Below are positions 40,133-50,590 of a DNA stretch of 64,000 bases, piece after piece (the stretch's first letter is position 1; each line of letters opens with the position of its first letter). This DNA is from Acidimicrobiales bacterium. GTDB lineage: Bacteria > Actinomycetota > Acidimicrobiia > Acidimicrobiales > VFJN01. The stretch is from NCBI GenBank assembly GCA_040902805.1, contig JBBDWQ010000038.1, positions 23,941-87,940 on the forward strand, given 5' to 3'. The position numbers and the translations under genes were made by a program. The notes below the pieces were generated by a model. It was not told the origin of the DNA. It worked only from the letters and a program-made list of their open reading frames with translations, and did not search any database.

Positions 40133-41130
40133 GCGACCTCTTCCGGAACCCGCTTCCCTGTGACGCGCTCCCCGGCGGCCACGACGACGTCATCTCCGAT
40201 CACGGAGCCATCCTGCACGACCGCGCCGGCCTCCACCGTGACCCTCGGACCGATGATCGAATCGTGCACCGAGGCGCCGGCGCGAACGACGGCACCCGCG
40301 AGTACCAGCGATCCGCAGACCGTCGCACCCGACTCCACACGGGCGCCAGCGCCCACGACCGAGCCGTCAACTGCTCCCCGCACGATCGCGTCGGGATGAA
40401 CTCCCTCCTCTGCTGCCCCCCGTAGCCCAGCGATCAGGTCGAGGTTCGCGGCGAGATAGGTGCTCGGAGTGCCTGCGTCGATCCAGTAGGTGTCGCCGTC
40501 GACCGCGAAGAGCGATCCGTCAGCGACCATCGCAGGAAACGTCACTCGCTCCACGTTGACCGGACGATCTGGCGCGATGCGGGCCAGCACCGAGGGCTCC
40601 AGCACATAGGTACCCGCGTTGATGAGGTCGGTCGGCGCCTCGCCAGGAGGCGGCTTCTCGATGAAGGCCGTGACACGACCATCGGCGTCCGTAGGCACCA
40701 CGCCGAATGCAGATGGATCGTCAACTCGATGCAGCGCCAGGGTGCCCTCAGCACCATTGCGCTCGTGGGTCGCAATCAAGGCTGTCACGTCGAGGTCCGT
40801 GAGCACGTCGCCGTTGAGCACCAGGAACCGTTCGTCGATGCCAGCGTCCAACGCTGCGAAGCGGATCGCTCCAGCGGTGTCCCTCGGCTCGGGTTCGATC
40901 GCGTAGTGCAGCTCGACCCCCGCACAGTGACCATCGGGATAGGCGGCCGTAAATGCGTCAGGTCGGTACCCGAGGGCGAGAACGGCGGTGTCGATGCCAT
41001 GGCGGCCGAGGTGCGCCACGACGCGCTCGATCATGGTCCGGTGTACGACCGGGAGCATCTGCTTGGGCGTACTGAGGGTGAGAGGTCGAAGACGCGTGCC
41101 GAAGCCTCCGACCAGCACGACCGCCTTCAT
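40129..41130 (-). CDS. manC: Mannose-1-phosphate guanylyltransferase (GDP-mannose pyrophosphorylase)
   Basis: C-terminal 333 aa of ORF 40129-41619; ATG 41128-41130. MKAVVLVGGFGTRLRPLTLSTPKQMLPV, then a left-handed beta-helix-like hexapeptide repeat tail. Confidence 0.85.
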   Translation of the reverse strand: MKAVVLVGGFGTRLRPLTLSTPKQMLPVVHRTMIERVVAHLGRHGIDTAVLALGYRPDAFTAAYPDGHCAGVELHYAIEPEPRDTAGAIRFAALDAGIDERFLVLNGDVLTDLDVTALIATHERNGAEGTLALHRVDDPSAFGVVPTDADGRVTAFIEKPPPGEAPTDLINAGTYVLEPSVLARIAPDRPVNVERVTFPAMVADGSLFAVDGDTYWIDAGTPSTYLAANLDLIAGLRGAAEEGVHPDAIVRGAVDGSVVGAGARVESGATVCGSLVLAGAVVRAGASVHDSIIGPRVTVEAGAVVQDGSVIGDDVVVAAGERVTGKRVPEEVA

Positions 41131-41146
41131 TGCTGGAGCGTCCGCC

Positions 41147-41911
41147 TCATGGGGCTTCCGTCGTTGACGTCCCTGAGTCCTCTGTCGACGTCGACGTCGA
41201 AGAGTTCGCCGGAGTCGTGGTGCTGCTGCTGTCGGGCGGGACGGCGCCACCATCCTTGGCGCCCAGCTCAGCGAGCTGATCGGCGTGCGGAGGCTTCGGG
41301 ATGTCCGCTTTGCGGTCGCCGTAGAAGATCGTGAAGCCCCCACCGTTCTCCGCCAGGCGCAGACTGCTGAACCCGCCGGTGGTGACCGCGGGCTTCGATG
41401 CGGCATCGCCGACGTCCAGCCAATGGGCCACGCGCAAGACGGGGTCGTCGATGCCGTCACACTTGGTCTCGCCCTCCTCGACGGTCTCCGCGAGGTACTC
41501 GAGCTTCGATCCTGTGATCGACAGGTTGAGCCCTGCTTCGCTGCCGTCTTGGAAGAACCGGCCAAGCGTGGCGTTCGCACCGACACCCAGCTGGGAGAAC
41601 GGGTGGATGTGGAGCACACCGTCGCCGTGGGTGTGGATGCCCACGGAGCTCTCGAACTCAGGGATGTCTGGGAGCCACTCGCCGCAGACGTTGACGCCTA
41701 GCGCCTCGTGGATGTGTTCGCCCAGCTGCGGCACGCCGCCGAGATCGTCGTTCCGACGATCTTCCCGTGCCCAGACCACAAGTACGGTCCCTAGTACGAG
41801 GATGAGCGCGAGAACGCCTGGGAACAGAAGGCTCCGGGGCTGCCGACCGGAGACTCGACCCCCGGCGCGGGCCGCGCGGGCCACTTTCTTGGACGACGAT
41901 GCCTTACCCAT
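41147..41911 (-). CDS. Membrane-anchored hypothetical protein with His/Cys cluster and Ser/Thr-rich tail
   Basis: 254 aa. A basic N-terminus plus TM (LLFPGVLALILVLGTVLVVW), then GEHIHEALGVNVCGEW...HTHGDGVLHIHP, and the tail SSSTTTPANSSTSTSTEDSGTSTTEAP. No family recognised. Confidence 0.6.
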   Translation of the reverse strand: MGKASSSKKVARAARAGGRVSGRQPRSLLFPGVLALILVLGTVLVVWAREDRRNDDLGGVPQLGEHIHEALGVNVCGEWLPDIPEFESSVGIHTHGDGVLHIHPFSQLGVGANATLGRFFQDGSEAGLNLSITGSKLEYLAETVEEGETKCDGIDDPVLRVAHWLDVGDAASKPAVTTGGFSSLRLAENGGGFTIFYGDRKADIPKPPHADQLAELGAKDGGAVPPDSSSTTTPANSSTSTSTEDSGTSTTEAP

Positions 41912-41927
41912 AGGGTTGCGAACCCTA
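41911..41927. promoter_or_regulatory. Perfect 17-bp palindrome TAGGGTT-GCG-AACCCTA overlapping the start codon of the gene at 41147-41911
   Basis: Read directly from the sequence. It has 7-bp arms and a 3-nt centre and is relatively AT-rich. On the reverse strand its last base is the A of the ATG. Confidence 0.35.
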
Positions 41928-41962
41928 CAAGAGCCGTCCGCCCCGACCCAGTCGCGACGACG

Positions 41963-43081
41963 TCAGAGGGCCTGTCGGTACACCGCGGCCAGCGCCGCGG
42001 CGTTGGCCGCCCAGGTGTAGCGAGCCGCTCGGCGGAGGCCGGCGGCGACCAGTCGAGACCGCTCCTCGGGCCGATCGAGGAGCTCGATGAGCGCTTGGGC
42101 CCACTCGGCAGGCGCGTCAGGCGAGACGAGCAGTCCTGCCTCCCCCACGACCTCTGGGAGCGCTGTCGCGTCCGCCGCAACCAGTGCCGTGCCGTAGGCC
42201 ATGGCCTCCGCGGCAGGAAGCCCAAACCCCTCATAGCGGGATGGAACAGCCACCGCGATGGCCTCCCGGTACAGCCCGGCCACGTCTGCCGCCGAGATGC
42301 GGCCGGTCCTACGAACCCGGTCGCCCAATCCGAGCCTCTCAACCTGCGTGCGCACCCGATCCTCTGCGTCGCCCCGTCCGCCTGGGAGCACGAGCAGTGC
42401 ATCCGGACGACGACGGACGACCTCGGCGAAGGCGTCGATGAGCACGGCATGGTTCTTGTGCGGGTACGTGATGGCCGGATACAAGATGACGGGCCCGTCC
42501 AGCCGATATCGCTCAATGAGCACATCAGCGGGCGTCGGGTCAGGGCGAGGACCCACCCCATGTGGGACCACGACGACACGGTCCGGGTCGATCCGCCATC
42601 GCGCCAGCACCGACCGGCGCACAAACTCGCTTGGCACAACCGTGACACGTGCATTGCGAACCGAAGGAGGGATCGCAACACCCAGGTAAGCCCGCTTGAG
42701 GGCTCCATGGGTGGCGCGCTGCTCGATCGGTTGGATGTCGTGCAGCGTCAAGACGTAGGGCGCCCCGCGCACCGGCGGAGCGGTACCGCCCGCGTGATGG
42801 ACGAGGTCGAGTCCGCGTGATCGCGCGGCCAGCCACGTCGTCTCAGCCGCGATCCTCCCCCAGCGAGCACGCCCGGACATCGCCAGCACGTCGGTGGGGA
42901 GCGCGGCCACGACATCCGGATGCGCGCTGCGCAGCGAGTCGAGCACGAACAGACGGATGTCGAGGGCTGGATCCCCGAGCGCTATCAGCGCGCGGATGCT
43001 GGCCAGCGTCGACTCCTCGCTTCCGCCAACCTCACCCGGCACCAACCAGAGCAAGTTGATCCCGACCGCGGAGCGAGTCAC
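41963..43081 (-). CDS. Glycosyltransferase family 4
   Basis: Part of ORF 41963-43141. GTG 43079-43081 overlaps the upstream TGA (GTGA). GINLLWLVPGEVGGSE...YEGFGLPAAEAMAYGTALV. Confidence 0.85.
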   Translation of the reverse strand: MTRSAVGINLLWLVPGEVGGSEESTLASIRALIALGDPALDIRLFVLDSLRSAHPDVVAALPTDVLAMSGRARWGRIAAETTWLAARSRGLDLVHHAGGTAPPVRGAPYVLTLHDIQPIEQRATHGALKRAYLGVAIPPSVRNARVTVVPSEFVRRSVLARWRIDPDRVVVVPHGVGPRPDPTPADVLIERYRLDGPVILYPAITYPHKNHAVLIDAFAEVVRRRPDALLVLPGGRGDAEDRVRTQVERLGLGDRVRRTGRISAADVAGLYREAIAVAVPSRYEGFGLPAAEAMAYGTALVAADATALPEVVGEAGLLVSPDAPAEWAQALIELLDRPEERSRLVAAGLRRAARYTWAANAAALAAVYRQAL

Positions 43082-44160
43082 GGCGCAAGCCCGATGGCAT
43101 CGCGGTACGCGGCAACGACCAGAGCAGCAGTGCGCTCCCACGTGAACGTGGCCGCCCGCGCCCGTGCCGCTGCACCCAGTCGTGCGGCCAGGTCTCGATC
43201 GCTCAGCAGCAGCGCCAGCCCTCCGGCGATCGCGTCGACGTCGAACGGATCGATGAGCACAGCCGCATCTCCGGCCACCTCCGCTGTCGACGTGGTCGCA
43301 GAGGTGAGGACGGCCGCCCCCTGGGCCATCGCGTCAAGCACCGGAAGCCCGAACCCCTCTCGCAGGCTCGGGTAGGCAACGACGGCGGCGGCTGCGTACA
43401 GGGCCTCAAGATCAGCACGCGGCACGAAGCCCAGTCGGCGCGCGTTCGACGGCGGGAGCTCTGAGCCCCATCCGTCCGGGCCAACGAGCACCAGCTCTGC
43501 GTCGACGTCGCCGAGTCGACCGAACGCCTCAATGAGCCGGCCGAGGTTCTTGCGGGGCTCGACGGTGCCGTTGAACAAGACGATCGGCCGATCGAGGCCG
43601 TAGACGGCCCGGACTCGCTCGACCTCGGCAGCCGCTGTCAGGCGTGCAGCGGTGCCAAGCGGTGCCACCCGCAACCGTTCCGAGTCGATGCCGGCCGCCA
43701 GGCAGTCCGTCCTCGTGGCTTCCGACGGGCAGATGACCACGGCCGCGTCCGTGCGGATCACGTCGAGAAAGCGCGTGAACACGGATATCCCTCGAGCGGT
43801 GAAGTGAGTGGGATCATGCAGGAAGCTCAAGTCCCACACGCTGGCCACCAGGGGTGCCCGGCCCGGTGCCGCCACATGCCCAGTGGCGTGCACAACATCG
43901 ACGGGGCCTGACGCCCGCTCCACCCGAGGTCGGTGGAGGCGCTGCCATGCGTCGTAGAGGGCAATCCGAGGGAGCGGGAGCTGTCGTACCTCGATGCAGG
44001 GCCGCCACGGCCCGGGGGGAGGCGACCGGTGCCACGCGCTGACCCCAATCTGGGTCACGTCACCTCGAGCGGCAACGGCGGCGACCGTGTCCAAGGTGGC
44101 GCGAGCCGTCCCACCGGGAACCCGGTGCCAGCACTGCTCGAGGGTCACGGCTGCTCGCAT
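43078..44160 (-). CDS. Glycosyltransferase family 4
   Basis: ORF 43078-44187. [19 protein letters not shown]. The start is ambiguous: ATG 44160, ATG 44181 or GTG 44187. Confidence 0.8.
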   Translation of the reverse strand: MRAAVTLEQCWHRVPGGTARATLDTVAAVAARGDVTQIGVSAWHRSPPPGPWRPCIEVRQLPLPRIALYDAWQRLHRPRVERASGPVDVVHATGHVAAPGRAPLVASVWDLSFLHDPTHFTARGISVFTRFLDVIRTDAAVVICPSEATRTDCLAAGIDSERLRVAPLGTAARLTAAAEVERVRAVYGLDRPIVLFNGTVEPRKNLGRLIEAFGRLGDVDAELVLVGPDGWGSELPPSNARRLGFVPRADLEALYAAAAVVAYPSLREGFGLPVLDAMAQGAAVLTSATTSTAEVAGDAAVLIDPFDVDAIAGGLALLLSDRDLAARLGAAARARAATFTWERTAALVVAAYRDAIGLAP

Positions 44161-44239
44161 CGCCGCTTCGGAGTCTGGCATGCGCACCGATAGGCTCCCG
44201 GCTCATGTCGTTCACCCGCTTCGTCGTGCAGGTGACGCG

Positions 44240-45292
44240 TTGAAGGTCCTCGTCACGGGCAGCGCAGGCCTCATCGGGTCTGAGGCAGTCGAGTACTTCG
44301 ACGGCCTCGACTTCGACGTGCATGGACTGGACAACAACATGCGCGCCGACTTCTTCGGGCCCGGCGGCGACACAACCTGGAACCGCCAGCGTTTGGAGGC
44401 GGTCTGTCGCCGCTACACGCATCACGACGTAGACATCCGCGATCGCGCCGCCGTCGACCACCTGTTCCAGCGCCACAGGTACGACCTCGTGATCCACGCC
44501 GCAGCGCAGCCCAGTCACGACCTCGCCGCGTCGCGCCCATTCGACGACTTCGACGTCAACGCAACGGGCACCCTCAACCTGCTCGAGGCATGCCGACTCC
44601 ATGCGCCCGACGCCGTCTTCATCACCGTGTCCACGAACAAGGTGTACGGCGACAGCCCCAACCGCGTGCCACTCGTGGAGCTCGAGACACGCTGGGATTA
44701 CGCCGATCCGGCCATGGATCAGGGGATCGACGAGACCATGTCCATCGATCGCTGCCTCCACTCGCTCTTCGGAGCATCGAAGGTGGCCGCCGATGTGCTC
44801 ACCCAGGAGTACGGCCGCTACTTCGGGCTTCGCACTGGCACCTTCCGCGGCGGCTGTCTCACCGGCCCGCGCCACTCGGGCGTGGAGCTCCACGGCTTCC
44901 TCAGCTACCTCGTGCACACCGCACTTCGCGAGGGTCCGTACACGATCTTCGGATACAAGGGGAAGCAGGTCCGTGACCAGATCCACTCCGCGGATGTGAT
45001 CGACGCGTTCTGGGCCTTCGCCCAGAGCCCACGACCGGGTGAGGTGTACAACCTCGGGGGTGGCAAGGCGAACGCCGCGAGCCTGCTCGAGTGCGTCGAG
45101 CTGATCGCCACCGCAAGCGGGGGGAAGCGACCCGGGCTCACCTACAACGACACCAACCGCGTCGGGGACCACATCTGCTACTACACCGACATGACTCGAT
45201 TCCGCTCCCACTTCCCCGCTTGGGAGCAGCGGTACTCGCTCGATGCCATCGTCGAGGAGATGGTGGCGGCAGTCGCTGCGCAGCTCGACTGA
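44240..45292 (+). CDS. NAD-dependent epimerase/dehydratase, CDP-paratose 2-epimerase-like
   Basis: Part of ORF 43994-45292. [13 protein letters not shown]; STNKVYGD; FGASKVAAD; [16 protein letters not shown]; [14 protein letters not shown], which parallels Salmonella RfbE/Tyv as I remember it. A TTG 44240 start gives the usual SDR N-terminus; ATG 44180 (GGAG upstream) is the alternative. Confidence 0.75.
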   Translation: MKVLVTGSAGLIGSEAVEYFDGLDFDVHGLDNNMRADFFGPGGDTTWNRQRLEAVCRRYTHHDVDIRDRAAVDHLFQRHRYDLVIHAAAQPSHDLAASRPFDDFDVNATGTLNLLEACRLHAPDAVFITVSTNKVYGDSPNRVPLVELETRWDYADPAMDQGIDETMSIDRCLHSLFGASKVAADVLTQEYGRYFGLRTGTFRGGCLTGPRHSGVELHGFLSYLVHTALREGPYTIFGYKGKQVRDQIHSADVIDAFWAFAQSPRPGEVYNLGGGKANAASLLECVELIATASGGKRPGLTYNDTNRVGDHICYYTDMTRFRSHFPAWEQRYSLDAIVEEMVAAVAAQLD

Positions 45293-45305
45293 TGGGTGCG
45301 ACACC

Positions 45306-46505
45306 ATGCGCATGACGTTGGTCAACCAGTTCTACGCGCCCGACATCAGCCCCACCGCGCAGCTTGCAGCGTCGCTGGCGGAGCATCGGGCGGCGCTGGG
45401 TGACGACGTCACGGTGATCACGGGTCGGGCCGGCTACCTGGAAGGCCTGGCGCGCACTGAGCCGAGCAGTCCGAGGCCAGCCGTGCGAGTTCGGCGCGTC
45501 TGGACGCCGGACGTCGGCAAGTCGGCATTGTGGCGTCGCCTACTTGGCTACCTGACGTTCCTCATCGGCGCCACGACTCGGTTGATCCTGCTCGGGCGTC
45601 AGGACGTGATCGTCTCGATGACGACCCCGCCGTTCCTGGTCACCGGCGCTGTGCTCCACAAGCTCCTCCGCCGCGACACCCGGGTCGTGCTCTGGAGCAT
45701 GGACTGCTACCCAGATGCGGCGGAGCGTCTCGGGGAGCTCCGGCCTGGAGGCATCGCGAGCCGAGCCCAGCGGCGCCTCAACCGATGGGTGTTCGCTCAC
45801 ATCGACGATGTCGTGGTGCTCGATGGTGCGATGCGCGAGCTCTTGGAGCGGCAGTACGCGGCCGGACCGGGGAAGCCCGTGTTCTCCGTGATTCCCAACT
45901 GGGAGCGCCTCGAGGCCTTCCCCACGGCTGCGGAGCTCCCTCCGTGGTCCGGCTACGCGGACCTGCCCATCAACGGGAGGAAGGTCGTCCTCTACCTGGG
46001 AAACACCGGGGTGGGTCATCGGTTCGACACGGTGCTCGACGCGGCCGTGAAGCTCAGTGATGAGGCGGTGTTCCTGTTCGTGGGGGGAGGTGCTCGCACG
46101 GGATCGCTCGTGGATGCAGTGGCGCACCGCGGGCTCACCAATGTCCTCATGCACGGTTACGTGCGCAAGGACATCACCCCCGCCGTCATGGCGGGGGCGG
46201 ACGCGGCGCTGATCACGCTCGATGACCGCTCACTCGGGGTGATGAGCCCGTCCAAGCTTCATGCGACGTTGGCGGCCGGCTTGCCGATCCTCTATGTCGG
46301 CCCCGAGGGAAGCAATGTTGACGAAGCGATCTCTCAATTCGCATGCGGAACGAGCCTCCGCAACGGGGACACAGATGGCTTGGCGAGCTCCGTGCGGTCG
46401 CTCCACAACGATCCGACAGCACACGAGCGCTCGCGGCAAGCCTTCGAGCTCCACTACAGCGACCACGCGACGCTCCCGCAGTGGGACCGGGTGCTGGACA
46501 GCTGA
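45306..46505 (+). CDS. Glycosyltransferase family 4 (WcaI/WbuB-like)
   Basis: Part of ORF 45243-46505; ATG 45306 (MRMTLVNQFYAPDISPTAQL). C-terminal GT-B half with PSKLHATLAAGLPILYVG. Confidence 0.8.
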   Translation: MRMTLVNQFYAPDISPTAQLAASLAEHRAALGDDVTVITGRAGYLEGLARTEPSSPRPAVRVRRVWTPDVGKSALWRRLLGYLTFLIGATTRLILLGRQDVIVSMTTPPFLVTGAVLHKLLRRDTRVVLWSMDCYPDAAERLGELRPGGIASRAQRRLNRWVFAHIDDVVVLDGAMRELLERQYAAGPGKPVFSVIPNWERLEAFPTAAELPPWSGYADLPINGRKVVLYLGNTGVGHRFDTVLDAAVKLSDEAVFLFVGGGARTGSLVDAVAHRGLTNVLMHGYVRKDITPAVMAGADAALITLDDRSLGVMSPSKLHATLAAGLPILYVGPEGSNVDEAISQFACGTSLRNGDTDGLASSVRSLHNDPTAHERSRQAFELHYSDHATLPQWDRVLDS

Positions 46506-46512
46506 GGCTGGC

Positions 46513-47454
46513 TCAGCGCCCCAGCTTCTGGATGAAGTAGGCAGCCGTTCGTTCCAGGCCATCGCGCAGCTCGACCCGTGGCTCCCATCCGAGCAGCTCT
46601 TGGGCAAGCGTGATGTCGGGCTGCCGTTGCGTGGGGTCATCGACCGGTAGTGGCTCGAACACGATCTCGCTCTGCGAGCCCGTGACCTCAATGGCCAGCT
46701 GCGCCAGCTCGAGGATCGTTCGTTCCGTGTTGGGGTTGCCGATGTTCACAGGCGTAGCGACGTCGCTGTCGAGCAGCGACAGGAAGCCGCGGATCTCGTC
46801 ATCGACGTAGGTGAACGATCGAGTCTGCAATCCATCGCCGAAGACGGTGATGGGCTTCCCCTCGATCGCTTGGGTCAGGAAGTTGGAGACAGACCGCCCG
46901 TCATCGGGCCGCATGTTGGGCCCGTAGGTGTTGAAGATCCGCACGATTCGGACGTCGATCTCATGATGGCGGTGGTACGCCATCGTCATCGCCTCGGCGT
47001 AGCGCTTTGCCTCGTCATACACGCCTCGCGGTCCGATCGGGTTCACATTCCCCCAGTAGGTCTCCGGCTGCGGGTGAACCAGCGGATCGCCATACACCTC
47101 GCTGGTGGAGGCGAGGAAGAAGGTCGCGCCCTTGGCTCTCGCCAGCCCAAGGCCGTTGTGCGTGCCCAGACCCCCGACCTTGAGAATCTGGATGGGTATG
47201 CGCTCGAAGTCGATCGGCGACGCCGGGCTCGCGAGGTGCATCACGGCGTCGACCTCACCCGGCACCCACAGATAGCTGCTGACGTCGTGATGGACGAACG
47301 TGAACCCTGTGCGGGTGAACAGCCGCTCGATGTTGTCGACGGACCCGGTGATCAGGTTGTCGATTGCGATGACCTCGTCGCCTCGTTCGAGCAGGGCCTC
47401 ACAGAGATGCGACCCGAGGAAGCCGGCACCGCCGGTGACCACGACGCGGGCCAT
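46513..47454 (-). CDS. uxs: UDP-glucuronate decarboxylase (UDP-xylose synthase)
   Basis: C-terminal 313 aa of ORF 46513-47793. [17 protein letters not shown]; YDEAKRYAE; [16 protein letters not shown]. The ATG shares 1 nt with the ugd stop (TGATG). Confidence 0.88.
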   Translation of the reverse strand: MARVVVTGGAGFLGSHLCEALLERGDEVIAIDNLITGSVDNIERLFTRTGFTFVHHDVSSYLWVPGEVDAVMHLASPASPIDFERIPIQILKVGGLGTHNGLGLARAKGATFFLASTSEVYGDPLVHPQPETYWGNVNPIGPRGVYDEAKRYAEAMTMAYHRHHEIDVRIVRIFNTYGPNMRPDDGRSVSNFLTQAIEGKPITVFGDGLQTRSFTYVDDEIRGFLSLLDSDVATPVNIGNPNTERTILELAQLAIEVTGSQSEIVFEPLPVDDPTQRQPDITLAQELLGWEPRVELRDGLERTAAYFIQKLGR

Positions 47455-48725
47455 CAGCTCACACCCACACCGCGGTACTCGAACCCGCGCCGGCTGAACA
47501 CCGTTCGATCCAGGAGGTTGCGGGCGTCGACGACCCTGCGGGACGCCATGAGACCGGCAACCTTGTCGATGTCGAGCCACCGGAACTCGTCCCACTCCGT
47601 GAGCACGGCGAGCACCTCGGCGTCCTCGACGGCCGCATACGGGTCGTCGACCACCTCGATGCCCTCGATGCGCCCCGGGCGCGACGGGTCGTACCCCCGC
47701 ACCACCGCTCCGTGCGCGACAAGGCGTCGCAGGATCTCCAGGGCGGGCGAGTCCCGAAGGTCGTCCGTCCGTGCCTTGAAGGTCAGACCCCACGCGGCAA
47801 TGCGCACACCCTCCACCGAACCCCCGGCCAGACCGATGATCTTCTGGGTGACACGCTCGAACTGCTCAGCGTTCACCGTGATCACACCCTTCAGCAGACC
47901 GAAGTCGTAGCCCGCCTTCTCCGCGATGCGCACGAGCGCCCTCGAGTCCTTCGGGAAGCACGAGCCGCCGAAGCCGGGCCCGGGCTTGAGGAACTCGTGT
48001 CCGATGCGGGAGTCGTACCCCATGCCGAGGGCGACGTCCTTGATGTCGGCGCCCACGGCCTCGCAAACGGCGGCCACCGCGTTGATGAACGAGATCTTGG
48101 TGGCCAGGAAGGCGTTGGCCGCGTACTTGATGGTCTCCGCGCTGGCCGGATCGGTGACGATGACCGGAGCAGTGATGCCGAGGTACAGCGATGACACGCG
48201 AACCGCGGCCCCCTGATCCTCGGCGCCGATCACGATCCGATCTGGGTGCAGGAAGTCGTGGATGGCCGAACCCTCCCGAAGGAACTCCGGGTTCGACACG
48301 ACCGAGACATCGGCACGACCAAGGGCGCGCTCCACGACCCGCGTGGAGCCCACGGGCACAGTCGACTTGTTGACGACCACCGCCTCGCTCGGCAGCACCG
48401 GGCCGATCTGACGCGCAGCTGCTTCGATGTACGACAGATCGGCCGACCCATCGTCCGCCTGTGGGGTCGGCACGCACAGGTAGGCGAACTCACAGTCCGC
48501 AACAGCGGCCTCCGCGCCGACCACGAAGGTCAGGCGCCCACTGTCGATGCCTTCTGTGACCAGGTTGTCGAGGCCCGCCTCGAGGATCGGGATCTCGCCC
48601 TTCTGGAGACGAGCGATCTTGTCTGCATCGATGTCGGCACACACGACCTCATGGCCGATGTGCGCGAAGCACGCGCCGGTGGTGAGGCCTACGTACCCGG
48701 TACCGATCACGGCGATCTTGCTCAT
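47454..48725 (-). CDS. ugd: UDP-glucose 6-dehydrogenase
   Basis: ORF 47454-48746; ATG 48723-48725 ([21 protein letters not shown]). Catalytic Cys in [10 protein letters not shown]. Confidence 0.92.
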   Translation of the reverse strand: MSKIAVIGTGYVGLTTGACFAHIGHEVVCADIDADKIARLQKGEIPILEAGLDNLVTEGIDSGRLTFVVGAEAAVADCEFAYLCVPTPQADDGSADLSYIEAAARQIGPVLPSEAVVVNKSTVPVGSTRVVERALGRADVSVVSNPEFLREGSAIHDFLHPDRIVIGAEDQGAAVRVSSLYLGITAPVIVTDPASAETIKYAANAFLATKISFINAVAAVCEAVGADIKDVALGMGYDSRIGHEFLKPGPGFGGSCFPKDSRALVRIAEKAGYDFGLLKGVITVNAEQFERVTQKIIGLAGGSVEGVRIAAWGLTFKARTDDLRDSPALEILRRLVAHGAVVRGYDPSRPGRIEGIEVVDDPYAAVEDAEVLAVLTEWDEFRWLDIDKVAGLMASRRVVDARNLLDRTVFSRRGFEYRGVGVS

Positions 48726-48776
48726 TGCGGTAGCTCCATCGGTCAAGTGTGGCAGGCGATCGTGATGCGGAACTGG

Positions 48777-49631
48777 TTACCGGTGGTCCAGGTCCTGCAG
48801 AAGTCTCTCGAGGGACTCGCGATAGTGCGGAAGAAGTGGGACACCGCCCAGTCGCAGCGCCGCGTTGTCGAGCACGGAGTTGGACGGCCGTGGCGCGGGG
48901 CGTGGCGGATCAAGGTCTGCCGTGGCGATCGGGCGGACCTTGTCGGGATCGTGGCCGGCCAGCGCGAGGATGTCCCGCACGAACCCGTACCAGGTGGTCT
49001 CCCCTTGATTGGTGACGTGGTGGACGCCGGCCCGTCGCTCGACGGCAAGCCGTCGGATCATCGGCGCCACATCGAAGGTGAAGCTCGGGCAGCCTCGCTG
49101 GTCATCCACAAAGGCCAGGCCCGGGTGGTCGAGCAGGCCGAGCACCGTCTTCACGATGTTTTGCCCGTGCTCGCCGCACAACCAGGCCGTTCGAACGATG
49201 GCCGAACCGGGCGCGTGCACGGCAACCGCCTGCTCCCCTGCCCACTTCGAACGTCCGTAGACCGATTGCGGGTTCGGACGGTCCCACTCGGCGTAGGCCG
49301 AATCCTTGGTGCCGTCGAAGACGTAGTCGGTGGACACCGCGACGAGGTGGGCGCCGATTCGTCGCGACGCATCGGCCACCCACTCCGTCGCCATGGCATT
49401 GGTGAGGAAGGCGCGCTCCGCGTCGGCTTCGCAAGCATCCACCGCCGTCCAGGCACCGGCGTGAAGGACGGTGTCCGGAGCCGTGCCCAAGATGGCTTGG
49501 TACACCGCATCGCGATTCGTGAGGTCGAACTGGGCTCGATCGCACGCGATGACGTCGTCGCCAGCGATCTCACATGCTCGCACCAGATCGCTTCCGAGCT
49601 GGCCACTCGCGCCCGTGATGAAGACCCGCAT
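48777..49631 (-). CDS. rmlD: dTDP-4-dehydrorhamnose reductase
   Basis: Part of ORF 48777-49682; ATG 49629-49631 (MRVFITGASGQLGSDL). STDYVFDG and YGRSKWAGE. Confidence 0.9.
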   Translation of the reverse strand: MRVFITGASGQLGSDLVRACEIAGDDVIACDRAQFDLTNRDAVYQAILGTAPDTVLHAGAWTAVDACEADAERAFLTNAMATEWVADASRRIGAHLVAVSTDYVFDGTKDSAYAEWDRPNPQSVYGRSKWAGEQAVAVHAPGSAIVRTAWLCGEHGQNIVKTVLGLLDHPGLAFVDDQRGCPSFTFDVAPMIRRLAVERRAGVHHVTNQGETTWYGFVRDILALAGHDPDKVRPIATADLDPPRPAPRPSNSVLDNAALRLGGVPLLPHYRESLERLLQDLDHR

Positions 49632-50590
49632 CAGTGCGCCGGCTTCAGGGGCCGCCACCACCACTCGTTGGCCCGATACCACGCGACCGTCGCCTCGAGC
49701 GCCTCGTCGAGAGAGCGCGCCCTCGACCAGCCCAGAGCAGTGATCTTCTCGATGTCGACGGAGTAGCGGCGGTCGTGCCCCAGCCGATCCTCGACGTAGT
49801 CCACAGCCGACTCGTCTTTGCCGAGGAGGGCGAGCAGCTTGTCGACGAGGATCCGATTGGGGATCTCGTTGCCGGCCCCGATGTTGTAGATCCCGCCCGG
49901 CTCGCCGCGGCGAAGCACAAGGTCGACACCCGCGCAGTGGTCATCCACGTAGAGCCAGTCGCGCTCGTTCAGCCCATCGCCATAGAGCGGGACCTTCTCG
50001 CCGTCGAGCAGGTTCGTCGTGAACAGCGGAATGGCCTTCTCGGGATATTGGTAGGGGCCGAAGTTGTTCGTGCACCTCGTCACGACAACCGGCAGCCCGT
50101 GCGTGTGGTGATAGCTGAGCGCGATCAGATCGGACCCAGCCTTGGATGCGGAGTACGGCGAGCGTGGCTCAAGGGGATCTCCCTCCTTCGATGATCCAGT
50201 CTCCACGGAGCCATAGACCTCGTCTGTGCCGATGTGGACCACGCGTCCGACCTCAAGCTGGCGGGCGGTGTCCATCACGACGTTGGTGCCAAAGCAGTTG
50301 GTCGTCACAAAGTCATCGGAGCCCACGATCGACCGATCCACGTGGCTCTCCGCCGCGAAGTGGACGACAGCATCGGCGCCCTGCATCGCGTCGGCGAGAC
50401 TCAGCGCGTCGCAGATGTCACCCTGCACGAACGTGAACCGCGGGTCAGGGTCGACGTCGCGGAGCGTGGACAGGTTCCCGGCATAGGTGAGAGCGTCAAA
50501 GACGACGACCTCGTCGTCGGAGTGGGCCAGGGCGTAGCGAACGTAGTTGGACCCGATGAAGCCCGCTCCCCCGGTGACGAGCTGCTTCAT
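49631..50590 (-). CDS. rmlB: dTDP-glucose 4,6-dehydratase
   Basis: Part of ORF 49631-50740; ATG 50588-50590 (MKQLVTGGAGFIGSNYV). SPYSASKAGSD. Confidence 0.92.
   Translation of the reverse strand: MKQLVTGGAGFIGSNYVRYALAHSDDEVVVFDALTYAGNLSTLRDVDPDPRFTFVQGDICDALSLADAMQGADAVVHFAAESHVDRSIVGSDDFVTTNCFGTNVVMDTARQLEVGRVVHIGTDEVYGSVETGSSKEGDPLEPRSPYSASKAGSDLIALSYHHTHGLPVVVTRCTNNFGPYQYPEKAIPLFTTNLLDGEKVPLYGDGLNERDWLYVDDHCAGVDLVLRRGEPGGIYNIGAGNEIPNRILVDKLLALLGKDESAVDYVEDRLGHDRRYSVDIEKITALGWSRARSLDEALEATVAWYRANEWWWRPLKPAH

Noticed and set aside
44060-45325. 421-aa reverse ORF opposite the CDP-paratose-epimerase-like gene. The same pattern applies to 48246-49766(+), 57238-58815(-), 59604-60959(+), 61547-62284(-) and 62893-63747(-)
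   Set aside because: All are antisense to strongly supported genes (the SDR epimerase, ugd/rmlD, accA, LpdA-like gene and the mutase) and are compositionally biased with no motifs.
46501-46515. Small hairpin CTGAG-gctgg-CTCAG spanning the two convergent stop codons of GT4 and uxs
   Set aside because: The 5-bp stem arises largely because the two stop codons (TGA/TCA) are mutually complementary. It is too weak to call a terminator.
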